64,000 bases of DNA from Azoarcus sp. (GCA_031289095.1 JAITQD010000116.1:7359-71358), one strand, 5' to 3'. Numbered from the stretch's first letter, positions 29,742 to 40,099 are shown. Notes: generated by a model not told the origin, from the sequence alone. Numbers and translations are program-made.

Positions 29742-32700
29742 TCATTCTAATCGTGCGTCCTCGATATATTGACGCAAACTGCTAAAAACTGCTGTGGCAT
29801 TGTCCCGAAAGCGCCCGTCGAGGACGTCGTCAACGCCGCGCAGGGCCAGGCGGTAGGCGACATCGTTTTTTTCGGAATATTTGCCGTCATGCCATTTCTT
29901 TGCCGCAGCGGCGATGCCTTTGGCTTTGTCGCCTTGACGTACGTATTCCCAGGCCGATTTGGGGAAGAAGCGCAACGGTTGCTGCAAGCCTTCGCGGTAG
30001 AGGGTCAGCAGTTTTTCTAGCTGGATGCGGGCGGTAGCAGGCGGCACAGGGTGCAGGATGAAGTCGCCGTCGCTCGCCAGACTGAGGGTTCGGCAGGCCG
30101 TGCCGGGCGGCGGCGCGGCGCACAGGGTCAGGTGGTCGAGCCAGGCGCTGAGGTAGTCGTGCGCGCGGGCTTTGTCGTAGCGGTGGAGGATGAGTCCGTC
30201 GACAGTGGGTGCGCCAAAGGCGGCTTGAAGCATCCAGGCTTCGCCGCCGAGATCGAATTCCAGCTGCGGCGTGTGCGCCGGCAGGCGGGGATGGGCGTGG
30301 GCCGCACTGACGCGGGCGGCGAAGGTGCGCAGGGAGGTCAGTTCGCAGCGCAAGGCGATTTCGCCCAGTTCGCCGGTCGGGTATTCGCCGCCAGCGCGGG
30401 CCAGGGCGAGAATTTCATCGTCACCGTCTCTGCCGGGAATTTCGCCGTCCGCATCGGCGAGGAGGAGGGTGGGCAGCAGGCGCGCGGCGAGTGCGTTGCG
30501 GGCTTGCCAGGCGGGGATGAAAGGTTCGGCGTCGGTGAGCGCTTCGTCGGTTGCGGGGAGGTCAAGCCCCAGGCGTTCGCGGAGCAGAAAGCGGCTGGGG
30601 TTGCCGAAAAAACGCTTGAGCTGGGCGAGGTCGACGCGCCGCCAGTCTTCGGGCGGCTGCGGAAGCGGTGCGGCGAAGAACGGGTTATCGCTGCCGGGAT
30701 TTTCCGGCAGCGTCGCTGGCGCGGCGGCGCGTGCCTGTTCCCGGCGCTGGCGCAGCGTCAGGGCGCTGGCGTATTCGCTGCGGTAGTTTTCCAGCCGTTT
30801 GTCGTCTTTGTCCGCGACGAAATAGACGGGTGAGAAGGCTTGCAGCGGGTGCGACACGGTGAGGCGCGCACGCGCTGCGGCGAGCGCCGCCGGTTGCTTC
30901 GGGTTTTCGGCGCAGGCGGCGGCGAGGGTGTCGAGCAGTTCGTCGATCAGGATCGAGGGCGGTAGCCCGGCATTGTCCCGGACGCTGCGTCCGATGCAGG
31001 ACAGATGCAGGACGTCGCGCGCCGCGAGGACGGCGTCGAGGAAAAGGTTGCGTTCGTCGGTCTTGCGCTGACGGTCGCCTTTTTGCGGGCGGACGGCCAT
31101 GAGGTCGAATTCGTCGGCGCGATCGCGGCCCGGAAAAGCGCCGTGATCGAGGCCGATGACGCAGACGACGCGGTAAGGCAAACCGCGCAGGGAGGACAGG
31201 GCGGAAAACGTGACCGAGCCGCCCGGTACGCCGCCGTGCGCGCCTTCTTTGAGACGGGCGGCGATGGCGGGATGGATGACGTCGAGCGAAATGTCTGTGG
31301 CATTCGAGCCGAGGCCGGCTGCGATGTCGTCGGCGAGGGCGTTGATCGCGTCACGCACGGCGCGTATTTCTTCGGCGTGTTCGCCGGTTTCGCCCAGCAG
31401 GGATGCCAGGGCGTCCAGCAGGATGGCGCGCCATCCTTCGGCGTCGTGCGTTTGCAGCAATGCGGCGCGCAGACGGCTCAGGGCGCGGGTGTAGCGCCAG
31501 AACGCGCCCAGCATCAGTCCGGCGCTGCCTTGCGGGGCGTTTGTCGCGCCGACGTGGCCGGCGAAGGTGGCGCGTGTGGCCGCTTCACCCGCTGCCCAGG
31601 ACAGGAACAGGCGATCAAGCCCTTGTTCGACGGTGTGTTTGCCGCTGGCACCGATGGCGTGAGCCTGTTCGGCATCCAGTCCCCAGCGGATACCCGCGCC
31701 GTCCATCCAGGCGCGCACCTGATCCAGTCCGGTTTCGTCCAGGCCGAAATGCGCCGCGACCAGCGGTTGTTGCAGGAGGTCGATCACCCGGCTCGCCGGA
31801 GCGCGCCCTGCCGCCAGGGCCAGCAGCCAGTCGAGCGCCTGCGCCGCCGGGTTTTCTCCTGTGCCGCCCAGGCCGGTGATGCGCCAGGGGATGTGGCGTC
31901 CGGGCGGGGCGGCGCCGAAGACCGCTTCGATGAGCGGCGCGCAGGCGGCGAGATCGGGCGTGAGCACGACGATCTCGTCCGGGCGGGGAGGGGACGGCCT
32001 TTTGAAGATGCCGAGCAGGCGGTCGTGCAGCACTTCCAGTTCACGGACACGGGAATGGCACAGGTGCACTTCGATGCTGCGGTCGTTGTTGTCGAGGCGG
32101 ATGCTGCCTGCTTCGAGTTCCTGCAAGTCGAGCAGGGCGTTTTGCAGCTGCGCCAGCAGGTGACGGGCCGGATGCGGTGTGAAGGCGGTTTCTTCCAGCG
32201 CCGGGTGTTCGCCTTCGTGCAGGGTTTCGATGTGGGCTTGTGTCTGTTTGCCCCAGGCCGCCAGCAGCTTGTTGCCGACGTCGGTGAAAAGGTCGCGTTG
32301 CCGTTGTTTCAGCCAGGACAGGCGGCGCATGTCAACGATGTCGAACCAGTATTCGCGGCAGGGGTTGAGGACATACAGGTGCACGTCCATTGCGCGCGCC
32401 AGGGTGCGCAATACTTCCAGGTACAGCGGCGGCAGAGTCGGCAGAGCAAAGACATGGACGGCTGCGGGCAGTGCTCCGGCGGCGGCGAGGCCGATGTCGT
32501 CCATTTGCGCGGCGCGGCGCAGGAACCGCATGAAGGGGAGCGAAACCGGCCTGCCGTCGTGGATCTGTCGCCACAACTCGGCCTGCCAGGCTTCGTCTGC
32601 GCGGATGTTTGCCTCTGCGCTTGCGAACTCGGTGTCCCCCGCCGCCCAGTGTTCGAGCCACGCCGGACGGTAACAGAGGTAATGATCGAACAGGTGCGCC

Positions 32701-33080
32701 AACCGTTCGGACAGGTCGAACCGCTTGCGCGCGTCCGAGCCTTCCAGGTAGCGCGCCAGTCGCTCGTGCCGTTGCGTCCAGGGGCCGCCAAGCGCGGCGA
32801 AACAGCGCCAGGTCAAGGCAGGCGGGGCGTAAGGCGATGTTTCCGGCGCATCGGCGATGTGACCGATCCGGCGCCACAGCCATTGCGCCAGGTAATCGAA
32901 GTCGATGTTGGCGCACACACCGGTGCGCGCCGCCACCGTCAGCGCGATGTGACGGTGTAGCGCGCTGTTCGGCGCGACGACCTGGCTGCGCGCGAACGGG
33001 CCGCAGCGCCCGGCGCTCAGGCGCGCAAGCAGGACGTCGAGCAGGTTTTCGCAGCGATTGGAGAAGACGACCGAAAACAT
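29742..33080 (-). CDS. recC: Exodeoxyribonuclease V gamma subunit RecC
   Basis: 1112 aa and collinear with E. coli RecC (VVFSNRCENLL..., ANIDFDYLAQWLW, DHYLCYRPAWL). Confidence 0.9.
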   Translation of the reverse strand: MFSVVFSNRCENLLDVLLARLSAGRCGPFARSQVVAPNSALHRHIALTVAARTGVCANIDFDYLAQWLWRRIGHIADAPETSPYAPPALTWRCFAALGGPWTQRHERLARYLEGSDARKRFDLSERLAHLFDHYLCYRPAWLEHWAAGDTEFASAEANIRADEAWQAELWRQIHDGRPVSLPFMRFLRRAAQMDDIGLAAAGALPAAVHVFALPTLPPLYLEVLRTLARAMDVHLYVLNPCREYWFDIVDMRRLSWLKQRQRDLFTDVGNKLLAAWGKQTQAHIETLHEGEHPALEETAFTPHPARHLLAQLQNALLDLQELEAGSIRLDNNDRSIEVHLCHSRVRELEVLHDRLLGIFKRPSPPRPDEIVVLTPDLAACAPLIEAVFGAAPPGRHIPWRITGLGGTGENPAAQALDWLLALAAGRAPASRVIDLLQQPLVAAHFGLDETGLDQVRAWMDGAGIRWGLDAEQAHAIGASGKHTVEQGLDRLFLSWAAGEAATRATFAGHVGATNAPQGSAGLMLGAFWRYTRALSRLRAALLQTHDAEGWRAILLDALASLLGETGEHAEEIRAVRDAINALADDIAAGLGSNATDISLDVIHPAIAARLKEGAHGGVPGGSVTFSALSSLRGLPYRVVCVIGLDHGAFPGRDRADEFDLMAVRPQKGDRQRKTDERNLFLDAVLAARDVLHLSCIGRSVRDNAGLPPSILIDELLDTLAAACAENPKQPAALAAARARLTVSHPLQAFSPVYFVADKDDKRLENYRSEYASALTLRQRREQARAAAPATLPENPGSDNPFFAAPLPQPPEDWRRVDLAQLKRFFGNPSRFLLRERLGLDLPATDEALTDAEPFIPAWQARNALAARLLPTLLLADADGEIPGRDGDDEILALARAGGEYPTGELGEIALRCELTSLRTFAARVSAAHAHPRLPAHTPQLEFDLGGEAWMLQAAFGAPTVDGLILHRYDKARAHDYLSAWLDHLTLCAAPPPGTACRTLSLASDGDFILHPVPPATARIQLEKLLTLYREGLQQPLRFFPKSAWEYVRQGDKAKGIAAAAKKWHDGKYSEKNDVAYRLALRGVDDVLDGRFRDNATAVFSSLRQYIEDARLE

Positions 33081-33174
33081 GACAAGCGAGGCGGTGTTTC
33101 GTCGGGGGTGTTCATGATGGCCGTCTGCGGAGCGTCTGTCACCGCCCTCTCCGTGCGCCCTGGGCGTTTTCGCC

Positions 33175-33687
33175 CTACTCCACCGGCACGATGATGACGA
33201 CGCGGCGATTTTGGGCGCGGCCTTCCCGGGTGGCGTTGTCGCTGACCGGGTTGTCCACGCCGTATCCCTTGAGGGTAATGTTGCGGTAGGGCAGGCCGTT
33301 GCGGGCGATTTCGTGCGCGACCGACTGCGCCCGGCGCAGGGAGAGTTTCTCGTTGTAGAGCTTGTTGCCGGTATTGTCGGAATGGCCTTCGACGTTGAGG
33401 CGGGTGACGCCGATTTTCCGCAGGGACTTCACCACGCGGGCAATGGTCTCGCGGTTGTGCTCGGAGAGTTCCGCATCGTTGCTGCCAAAAAGAATGCGGA
33501 TGTCGAGATCGAACCCCCAGTTGTCGCCTTCTTGGTGGAAGCCGATGTCGCGCAACACGGCGATCTGATCCTCGTTCAGCCCGGCGGCGCGCTGCGGAGT
33601 ATGGCAACTGGCGGCCAACAGACTCAGACCAAGCAGCGACAGCAGCCGGCGGAGGGGGCCAGTATGAAATACGGAGGATAATGTCAT
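33175..33687 (-). CDS. yfiB: OmpA-family lipoprotein YfiB
   Basis: Lipobox LAASC and OmpA-like domain (EGHSDNTGNKLYNEKLSLRRAQSV). The start overlaps the yfiN stop. Confidence 0.8.
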   Translation of the reverse strand: MTLSSVFHTGPLRRLLSLLGLSLLAASCHTPQRAAGLNEDQIAVLRDIGFHQEGDNWGFDLDIRILFGSNDAELSEHNRETIARVVKSLRKIGVTRLNVEGHSDNTGNKLYNEKLSLRRAQSVAHEIARNGLPYRNITLKGYGVDNPVSDNATREGRAQNRRVVIIVPVE

Positions 33688-34958
33688 GTTTCTTCCAGGG
33701 CCGCATCCACCGTCGGATCGTACATGCAGGCGCGACCGCGACCGAGGCGCTTGGCCCGGTACATGGCGTGATCGGCCGCGCGCAGGAGGGCCACCGAATC
33801 GTCTGCCTGGGCCGGGAAAAGCGCCATGCCGATACTCACGCCCAGCTCGACATCCACCTGTTCGATCAGGCGCAGCTTGCGCGCCATCGCGGCGAGAACC
33901 TTGTTCGCTACGTGCTGGAGGTCGTCTTCACCGCCCACCGGCGCGAGCAGGATGACGAATTCGTCTCCCCCGAGGCGGGCCACGAGGTCGCTTTCGCGCA
34001 CGGCGCCGCGCAGGCGGTGGCCGATGTTGACCAGCAGGGCGTCACCCGCCGCGTGACCGTAGTTGTCGTTGATGTCCTTGAAGTGATCGTTGTCGATGTA
34101 CAGAACGCCGATCTTGGAGCTGCTTTCGCGCGCCTTTTCGATGGCCTTGTCCAGTTGTTCGCTGAAACAGGTGCGGTTGGCGAGTCCGGTGAGCGGGTCG
34201 CGCATGGCCATGCGCGACAGGGTGTTGTTGACGATTTCCAGTTGCGATTGCCGCAGCATGAGTTCGGCGTTGCGGGCCTGGATTTCGCCAAACAGGGCGT
34301 TGAAGTCCTGCCCCAGTCCGTTGAATTCTGCGATTTCGAATTCCGGCAGGCGGCGTGTGAAGTTGCCTTCGAGCCGCGCCGCGCGCGCCATGCCGGCGAG
34401 GGCTGCAAGTTCGGCGGAGAAACGTTGTTCCATCCAGCGCGCCGGGACGCGGGCCGCCAATATCGCCAGGATCAGGCAGCTGACGAACACGGCCAGCCCC
34501 CGGCGCAGGAAGCTGGCGAAGACGGAGCCGTCGCCCCTGGCTTCGACAATACCCATGTGCTGCCCGTTGCGGTTGATGTCGACGCGCGTGGTGTCGTCGA
34601 AAAATCCCAGGTTGGAGATGATTTCCGCCGCGCGGTCGACGGGGCCGTCGCAGGCGCTTTGGGCATGGGCAAAAATGCTGTCGTCGGCGGAGTGGATCGT
34701 GATCTCGCACAGATGCTCGCGGGCGACGATTTCGCCCAGTATTTCGTTGGCCGTTTGGCGGTCGTCGAACATGATCGCGGCTTCGGTCGCATAGGCGGTC
34801 GTGCGGGCGACAAGCGTCAGGTTGTTTTCCTGCTGGGCGCGCAGGGAGTGGAAGGACACCATGGCAAACATCGTGGCGCTGACGAGCAAGGTCAGCGCCA
34901 CTGGCCAGAAGATGATGTGACGAAGAACCCCGAACAAGGTCTTGCGAACCGCCTTCAC
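33684..34958 (-). CDS. yfiN: Membrane diguanylate cyclase YfiN/TpbB-like (periplasmic sensor + HAMP + GGDEF)
   Basis: Two TM helices flank a periplasmic domain. GGDEF motif (RLGGDEFVILL). Confidence 0.85.
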   Translation of the reverse strand: MKAVRKTLFGVLRHIIFWPVALTLLVSATMFAMVSFHSLRAQQENNLTLVARTTAYATEAAIMFDDRQTANEILGEIVAREHLCEITIHSADDSIFAHAQSACDGPVDRAAEIISNLGFFDDTTRVDINRNGQHMGIVEARGDGSVFASFLRRGLAVFVSCLILAILAARVPARWMEQRFSAELAALAGMARAARLEGNFTRRLPEFEIAEFNGLGQDFNALFGEIQARNAELMLRQSQLEIVNNTLSRMAMRDPLTGLANRTCFSEQLDKAIEKARESSSKIGVLYIDNDHFKDINDNYGHAAGDALLVNIGHRLRGAVRESDLVARLGGDEFVILLAPVGGEDDLQHVANKVLAAMARKLRLIEQVDVELGVSIGMALFPAQADDSVALLRAADHAMYRAKRLGRGRACMYDPTVDAALEET

Positions 34959-35530
34959 TGTTCCCGTCCTCGTTTCGACAGACGCAGTACTTGCGGATTG
35001 ATCCGCAGGAGACTGCGCGAAATGGCGTCCAGATTGGCGGCGAACCGGGCGGTTATATCTCCGGCATTGCCGCCCTTGCCGTCAGGAAGCAGGCAGAACA
35101 TACCGCCCGCGCTACAGAACATCCTGCCCTCGCCGATGGTCAACATCGCCGACGCACCCTTGAGATCCCGCAGCAGGCTACCCGTTTCGCCGCTGGGCCT
35201 GGCAGGAAAATAGACGACATCGCATGCGCTCACGACGTCGGATGGCGTGCTGCGGACGATGATCTTCCGTCCGAGATTGACCACCCTGGCGGAGTCACGG
35301 ATCGCCGCCGCGTACTTGTTGTCTTCCGGGAGGCAGGCCCGCAACGCGCCCTTTTCACTGGGCCAGCGTGTGTAGCTGACGATGCCCCAGAACACGGTCA
35401 CGACTTTCGAGGTTTGCGTGGCTGTGTCATCCGCCGCCGCCTTCGTATTGCCCGTGAGCAGGGTGAACGCAACCAGACTGCACAGAATCGGCGCCAGATA
35501 ATACGGCAATCTTCCCAAGTGGGTTGTCAT
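34955..35530 (-). CDS. yfiR: Periplasmic YfiR-family (DUF4154) regulator
   Basis: Signal peptide, FAANLDAISRSLLRINPQVLRLS C-terminus, first gene of the yfiRNB-type operon. Confidence 0.75.
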   Translation of the reverse strand: MTTHLGRLPYYLAPILCSLVAFTLLTGNTKAAADDTATQTSKVVTVFWGIVSYTRWPSEKGALRACLPEDNKYAAAIRDSARVVNLGRKIIVRSTPSDVVSACDVVYFPARPSGETGSLLRDLKGASAMLTIGEGRMFCSAGGMFCLLPDGKGGNAGDITARFAANLDAISRSLLRINPQVLRLSKRGREQ

Positions 35531-35765
35531 TATGATTTTTGCATAAGCATGTCGTTTCCTTCTCCATTATAACCCGAGTGCGCAGGAACGAATTTGATGG
35601 CTGTCGCCATCATTGTAAACCGGCTGGCGGCTGGAAGCGGGCCGATTCTATACGAACTCTCCAATGCTAGAATGGCAAGAAATCCACATCGTCTGGAGTC
35701 TGACGCCCATATCACCCGGTTTGGCACGGTTTTCGTTCTTTCTTTCTGTTACAAAAGGACACAGT

Positions 35766-36200
35766 ATGTCGCCGCTTCGTTTTCCCGCATCCCTTGCATT
35801 TGCCGCCGCCGCCGTGTTGCTTGCCGGTTGCGGGCAGAAAAGCACGGTCGATCCCGAGGAATCCGCGTCTCTGACCAGCCCGGTCGCCCGTTTTGAGTTC
35901 CTGTCCACACCAAAGGTTCCTCCCGGCAATCGCACGGGCGAGGAAGTCTACAAGGGCATCTGCACGACCTGCCATGCCACCGGCACGCTGGGCGCGCCCA
36001 CAACGGGGGACGCTGCGGCCTGGGCGCCGCGCATCGCCACCGGTTACGACACCCTCGTGCAATCGGTCATCGGCGGCAAAGGCAACATGACGCCCCGGGC
36101 CGGTTCGGTCGATCTGACCGACACCGAAATCCGGCGCGGGGTAGCCTGGCTCGCCAACCAGGCCGGGGCGCACTTCACCGAGCCGCCGCTCGAACAGTGA
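35766..36200 (+). CDS. c-type cytochrome (c5-like) lipoprotein
   Basis: Lipobox LLAGC and heme motif CTTCH. Confidence 0.8.
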   Translation: MSPLRFPASLAFAAAAVLLAGCGQKSTVDPEESASLTSPVARFEFLSTPKVPPGNRTGEEVYKGICTTCHATGTLGAPTTGDAAAWAPRIATGYDTLVQSVIGGKGNMTPRAGSVDLTDTEIRRGVAWLANQAGAHFTEPPLEQ

Positions 36201-36238
36201 AACCGGCGTGACGCGCCAGGAGGACGGCTTTTCCATCC

Positions 36239-38239
36239 TCACTGGTCAGGCGTGCGGCGCGCGTCGAGCATCGCCATCAGACCCGCCAGGCGCGCGCGGC
36301 TTTCTTCTTTCGAGAGCGGTGCGTTGCGTTGCGCGCGATCGTTGATCTGCACGTCCTCGCCCATTTCGGCGATGAAGCGGGAAGGCTCGCATTCCCGCAG
36401 TTCTCCGCCCGTTTTGCGGCGTTTGCACCAGGTGAGGTGAAGGCTTCTCTGTGCGCGCGTGATGCCGACGTACATCAGCCGACGCTCCTCGTCGATCTTT
36501 TCTTCGTCGATGCAACTCTGGTGCGGCAACAAGCCTTCCTCGACGCCGATCAGAAAAACATGCGGAAACTCCAGCCCCTTGGCTGCGTGCAGGGTGGCGA
36601 GCTGAACGCCGTCGAAGTCGGGGTCTTCCTTGTCGAGCATCGAGGCAAGCGCGATGGTCTGGGTGAGTTCGATCAGGGTCTTGCCGTCCTCGTCGCCGCG
36701 CCGTCCGAGCCAGTCGACAAAATCGGTGACGTTGCGCCATTTTGTTTCCGCCTCGCGGTTGGCGTGGTGCGAAAACAGCCAGGTTTCATAAGCGATTGCC
36801 GCCAGCAGGTCAGCGAGTACGCGCGCCGCCGGCTCGATGCGGGCGCGCCGCTGCATGGTCGCGGCGAAGGCGGTGAACTGGCGCACGGCTTCCAGTTGGC
36901 GCGCCGGAACGTGTTCGGCGCTGCCTTCTTCATGCGCGGCGGCGTACAGGCTCAAGTGACGATGTCCAGCATAGCCGCCCAGCGCTTCGATGGTGGTCGC
37001 GCCGATGCCGCGCCGTGGCACGGTGATGGCGCGGATGAAGGCGAGATCGTCGTCTTCGTTCGCCAGCAGCCGCAGCCAGGCCACGACATCACGTATTTCG
37101 GCGCGCTCGAAAAAGCTCTGGCCGCCGGAAATCACGTAAGGAATGTGCTGGTTGCGTAATTGCTGTTCGATGAGACGGGCCTGATGGTTGCCACGATAGA
37201 GAATGGCGTAGTCGCGGAAGCGGCTGCGGTGCTGGAACTTGTGGGCGGCGATCTTTGTTGCCACCCACTCGGCTTCGTGCTCGGCGTTGTGGCAGTCGGT
37301 GACGATCACCGGTTCGCCGATGCCGTGTTCCGACCACAGTTTTTTCTCGAAAATCTTGTCGTTGTGGGCGATCACCCGGTTGGCGGCATCCAGAATGCGG
37401 CGCGATGAGCGGTAGTTCTGTTCGAGCTTGATGACTTTCAGTTGCGGAAAATCCACCTGCAACTGGCGCAGATTTTCGATGTCGGCGCCACGCCAGGCGT
37501 AAATTGCCTGATCGTCGTCGCCGACGGCGGTGAACGCGCCGCGTACGTCGGTCAATTGGCGCAGCAGCCGGTACTGGGCGCGGTTGGTGTCCTGATATTC
37601 GTCGATGAGCAGGTAACGCAGCCGGTTTTGCCAGCGTTCGCGCGCCTCGGCGTTTTCCTCGAACAGGCGCACCGGCAGGGCGATGAGGTCGTCGAAATCG
37701 ACCGCCTGGTAAGCGCGCAGGGTGCGTTCGTAATCGGGGTAGAGCCGCGCCGCCGCGGCCGCGATGTCATCGTTGACCCGTTGCGCCGCCTCGGCGGGAG
37801 AAACCATCGCATTCTTCCAGGCGGAGATTTGCCATTGCAGTTGTTTGGCGATGCCCTTTTCCGCGTCGCCCGCGATGTCGGCGACGATCTGCACCGTGTC
37901 TGCGGCATCGAGAATGGAGAATTGCGGCTTGAGGCCGCAGTGACGTGCTTCCGAGCGAATAATCCGCAGTCCGAGGGCGTGGAAAGTGCACACCGTCAGG
38001 CCCTCCGGCGTCCGACCGCCCACGAGGCGCGCCACCCGTTCCTGCATTTCGCGCGCCGCCTTGTTGGTAAAGGTGATCGCGCCCACGTTGGCGGGAGAAA
38101 AACCGCACTCGCCGAGCAGGTAAGCGATCTTGCGCGCGATCACCCCCGTCTTGCCGCTGCCCGCGCCGGCCAGCACCAGGCAGGGGCCGTCAAGGTAGCG
38201 GGTTGCTTCGCGTTGCGGGGCGTTGAGCTGAACGGACAT
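36239..38239 (-). CDS. rep: ATP-dependent DNA helicase Rep (UvrD/Rep family)
   Basis: 666 aa with Walker A AGAGSGKTG and a TFTNKAAREM motif. Confidence 0.9.
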   Translation of the reverse strand: MSVQLNAPQREATRYLDGPCLVLAGAGSGKTGVIARKIAYLLGECGFSPANVGAITFTNKAAREMQERVARLVGGRTPEGLTVCTFHALGLRIIRSEARHCGLKPQFSILDAADTVQIVADIAGDAEKGIAKQLQWQISAWKNAMVSPAEAAQRVNDDIAAAAARLYPDYERTLRAYQAVDFDDLIALPVRLFEENAEARERWQNRLRYLLIDEYQDTNRAQYRLLRQLTDVRGAFTAVGDDDQAIYAWRGADIENLRQLQVDFPQLKVIKLEQNYRSSRRILDAANRVIAHNDKIFEKKLWSEHGIGEPVIVTDCHNAEHEAEWVATKIAAHKFQHRSRFRDYAILYRGNHQARLIEQQLRNQHIPYVISGGQSFFERAEIRDVVAWLRLLANEDDDLAFIRAITVPRRGIGATTIEALGGYAGHRHLSLYAAAHEEGSAEHVPARQLEAVRQFTAFAATMQRRARIEPAARVLADLLAAIAYETWLFSHHANREAETKWRNVTDFVDWLGRRGDEDGKTLIELTQTIALASMLDKEDPDFDGVQLATLHAAKGLEFPHVFLIGVEEGLLPHQSCIDEEKIDEERRLMYVGITRAQRSLHLTWCKRRKTGGELRECEPSRFIAEMGEDVQINDRAQRNAPLSKEESRARLAGLMAMLDARRTPDQ

Positions 38240-38555
38240 CGGACGGGCGGCAAGCGGGCAACGGTGGAGGACGAAAAGCCGCTTGCCGAATGCAGAAGGT
38301 TATTTTTTGCGCAGTTCCTGCAAGGCTTCGTTCATTTTGAAAAAAACAATGAAAAGCTCGCAATAGATCTCCGGAAAACGAGGAATAAAAGAGGCAATAT
38401 CATACAGAAATCCAAGGGTGACGGATACTGTCGTCCGTTCAGCCATCGGTATTTGCTGTGCGAAACAATTTCTTTGGCATAAAGATGACAGATGCGGAGA
38501 AACCTTGCAGAATTGGCGTATCAGGGCGTAAAGCCCGTCTTGTCCGGATAGCCCC

Positions 38556-39050
38556 ATGAAAACCCGCATCATTGCCGCGTTCGCCGTCATTGCGCTCCTT
38601 GCCGTCGGCGTCTTCATTCTCAACGCCAAGCCGCTCGCGCCCAACGTTGGCTTCACCACCCTGGAAGGAGAGCAGTTCACCACCGCCGCATTGCGCGGCA
38701 AGGTGGTGCTGGTCAATTTCTGGGCCACGACCTGCACGACCTGCATCGCCGAGATGCCGATGCTGGCCGAAACGCACAACAAGTTTGCCGCGCGCGGGCT
38801 GGAGACCGTGGCCGTGGCGATGAGCTACGACCCCGAAGCGCAGGTGCGCGCCTATGCCGAAAAAAACGCGCTGCCGTTCAAGGTCGCGCTCGACCCCGAT
38901 GGCGCTGCGGCGAACGGTTTTGAGGGCGTGCGCCTGACGCCGACCACCTTCCTTATCGACCGGGAGGGGCGCATCGTGCACAAGTATTTGGGCGCGCCGG
39001 ATTTCAGCGCCCTGCACACCTTGTTGGAAGAATTGGTTTCTATGGGATGA
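38556..39050 (+). CDS. TlpA/ResA-like thiol:disulfide oxidoreductase
   Basis: N-terminal anchor and thioredoxin motif WATTCTTC (CxxC). Confidence 0.8.
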   Translation: MKTRIIAAFAVIALLAVGVFILNAKPLAPNVGFTTLEGEQFTTAALRGKVVLVNFWATTCTTCIAEMPMLAETHNKFAARGLETVAVAMSYDPEAQVRAYAEKNALPFKVALDPDGAAANGFEGVRLTPTTFLIDREGRIVHKYLGAPDFSALHTLLEELVSMG

Positions 39051-39939
39051 AGGCCAGGATGCCCGGACGGAGGACACCTTGCAAAATATCCCGGGCGACA
39101 AAAATTTCCGGCATGCCGAGCGAGCGCGGCCCGGCCTCGTACATGCCGTAGCCGAAAACCAGGCCCCCTTGGGCAATGCGCCAGTTCCTGTTCAGATGGA
39201 AGGCGAACATGGGATTGGTGAGATGTTGTTCGATGTCCGCATCCGACATTGTGCCGACGGCTCCCAGATAGACGCGGAAGGCATCGCGCTGGAGCGCTTC
39301 GAGCGCCTTTTCCCGGTCGGGCAGCACGATGTCGCCGAGGGTCAGGATCTTGCGTCTGCCGGTGTCGATCACGATGAAGCCGCCCGACGGGCCAGGTGGG
39401 TGCGCTTCGCCTTCAAACGACAGGGCATGGCTCAGGGACAACTGCAACAGGGGGCCGAAGCGCTCCGGCCAAGCGTTGCCTTCCGGCGACCGGTTGTTCT
39501 CGTCGCAGCCCGTCAACTTCGCTGAAAATTCAAACAGGGGCGGGTTTTCTACATCCTTGGCGTTGCGCCCGCTTTCGCGGATCAATGTCTTCAGCAGGGC
39601 CAGGTAGCGGGTTTCCACGGCCTCGCCTGCGGCCAGGGGCGGCACGCGCTTGCCCAGCACCTCGGAGAACATCGGCAGGATGACGGCGTCGGCGAGCAAG
39701 CGGAAAAGCCAGGGCGTGTCCGCGTAATACGGGTACAGCAACTTGGCCGTGGAGCAGGTGCGTTGCGGTTCTATGGCGTCGGCGGGCAAGTTTCGATCGG
39801 TCGGGCAGAGACCGGCGTTCAGGGTCTTGAACCCCGGATGGGTGAAATCGTCCGCACAGGCGCTGCCGGAAAAAGCGAGCAGCGCCGCGAGCGCGGCCAG
39901 TCCGGCGTAACGGCGGAAAAAATTAAAAGAACTGTTCAT
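39040..39939 (-). CDS. Secreted hypothetical protein (C-terminal DUF3298/RsiV-like region suspected)
   Basis: Signal peptide ending SACA. The C-terminus (NWRIAQGGLVFGYGMYEAGPRSLGMPEIFV) resembles DUF3298; assignment is from memory. Confidence 0.5.
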   Translation of the reverse strand: MNSSFNFFRRYAGLAALAALLAFSGSACADDFTHPGFKTLNAGLCPTDRNLPADAIEPQRTCSTAKLLYPYYADTPWLFRLLADAVILPMFSEVLGKRVPPLAAGEAVETRYLALLKTLIRESGRNAKDVENPPLFEFSAKLTGCDENNRSPEGNAWPERFGPLLQLSLSHALSFEGEAHPPGPSGGFIVIDTGRRKILTLGDIVLPDREKALEALQRDAFRVYLGAVGTMSDADIEQHLTNPMFAFHLNRNWRIAQGGLVFGYGMYEAGPRSLGMPEIFVARDILQGVLRPGILAFIP

Positions 39940-40099
39940 GGTCGTTTCCGTGTTGCGGCGCCTGCCCCCGGTGGGCAGGGCCGGGTTGTCTTTTTTGCAT
40001 CACTGGGTGCGCAGTATATTTTTCGCTTTGCCAGTGAGGATGAAATCGTGCCGGGTTTGTACGCCCGTTCCGGCGAGGTTCCCGTGCGGGCGCAGGGGC

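Noticed and set aside
31005-32960. 651-aa plus-strand ORF
   Set aside because: Antisense to recC; shadow frame with no motifs.
38300-38782. 160-aa minus ORF, and its 48-codon 3' part (ATG 38446) in the low-G+C rep/tlpA intergenic region
   Set aside because: It overlaps the tlpA start on the opposite strand, has no SD before either start, and has no recognisable family. The A+T-rich stretch is more simply the divergent promoter region.
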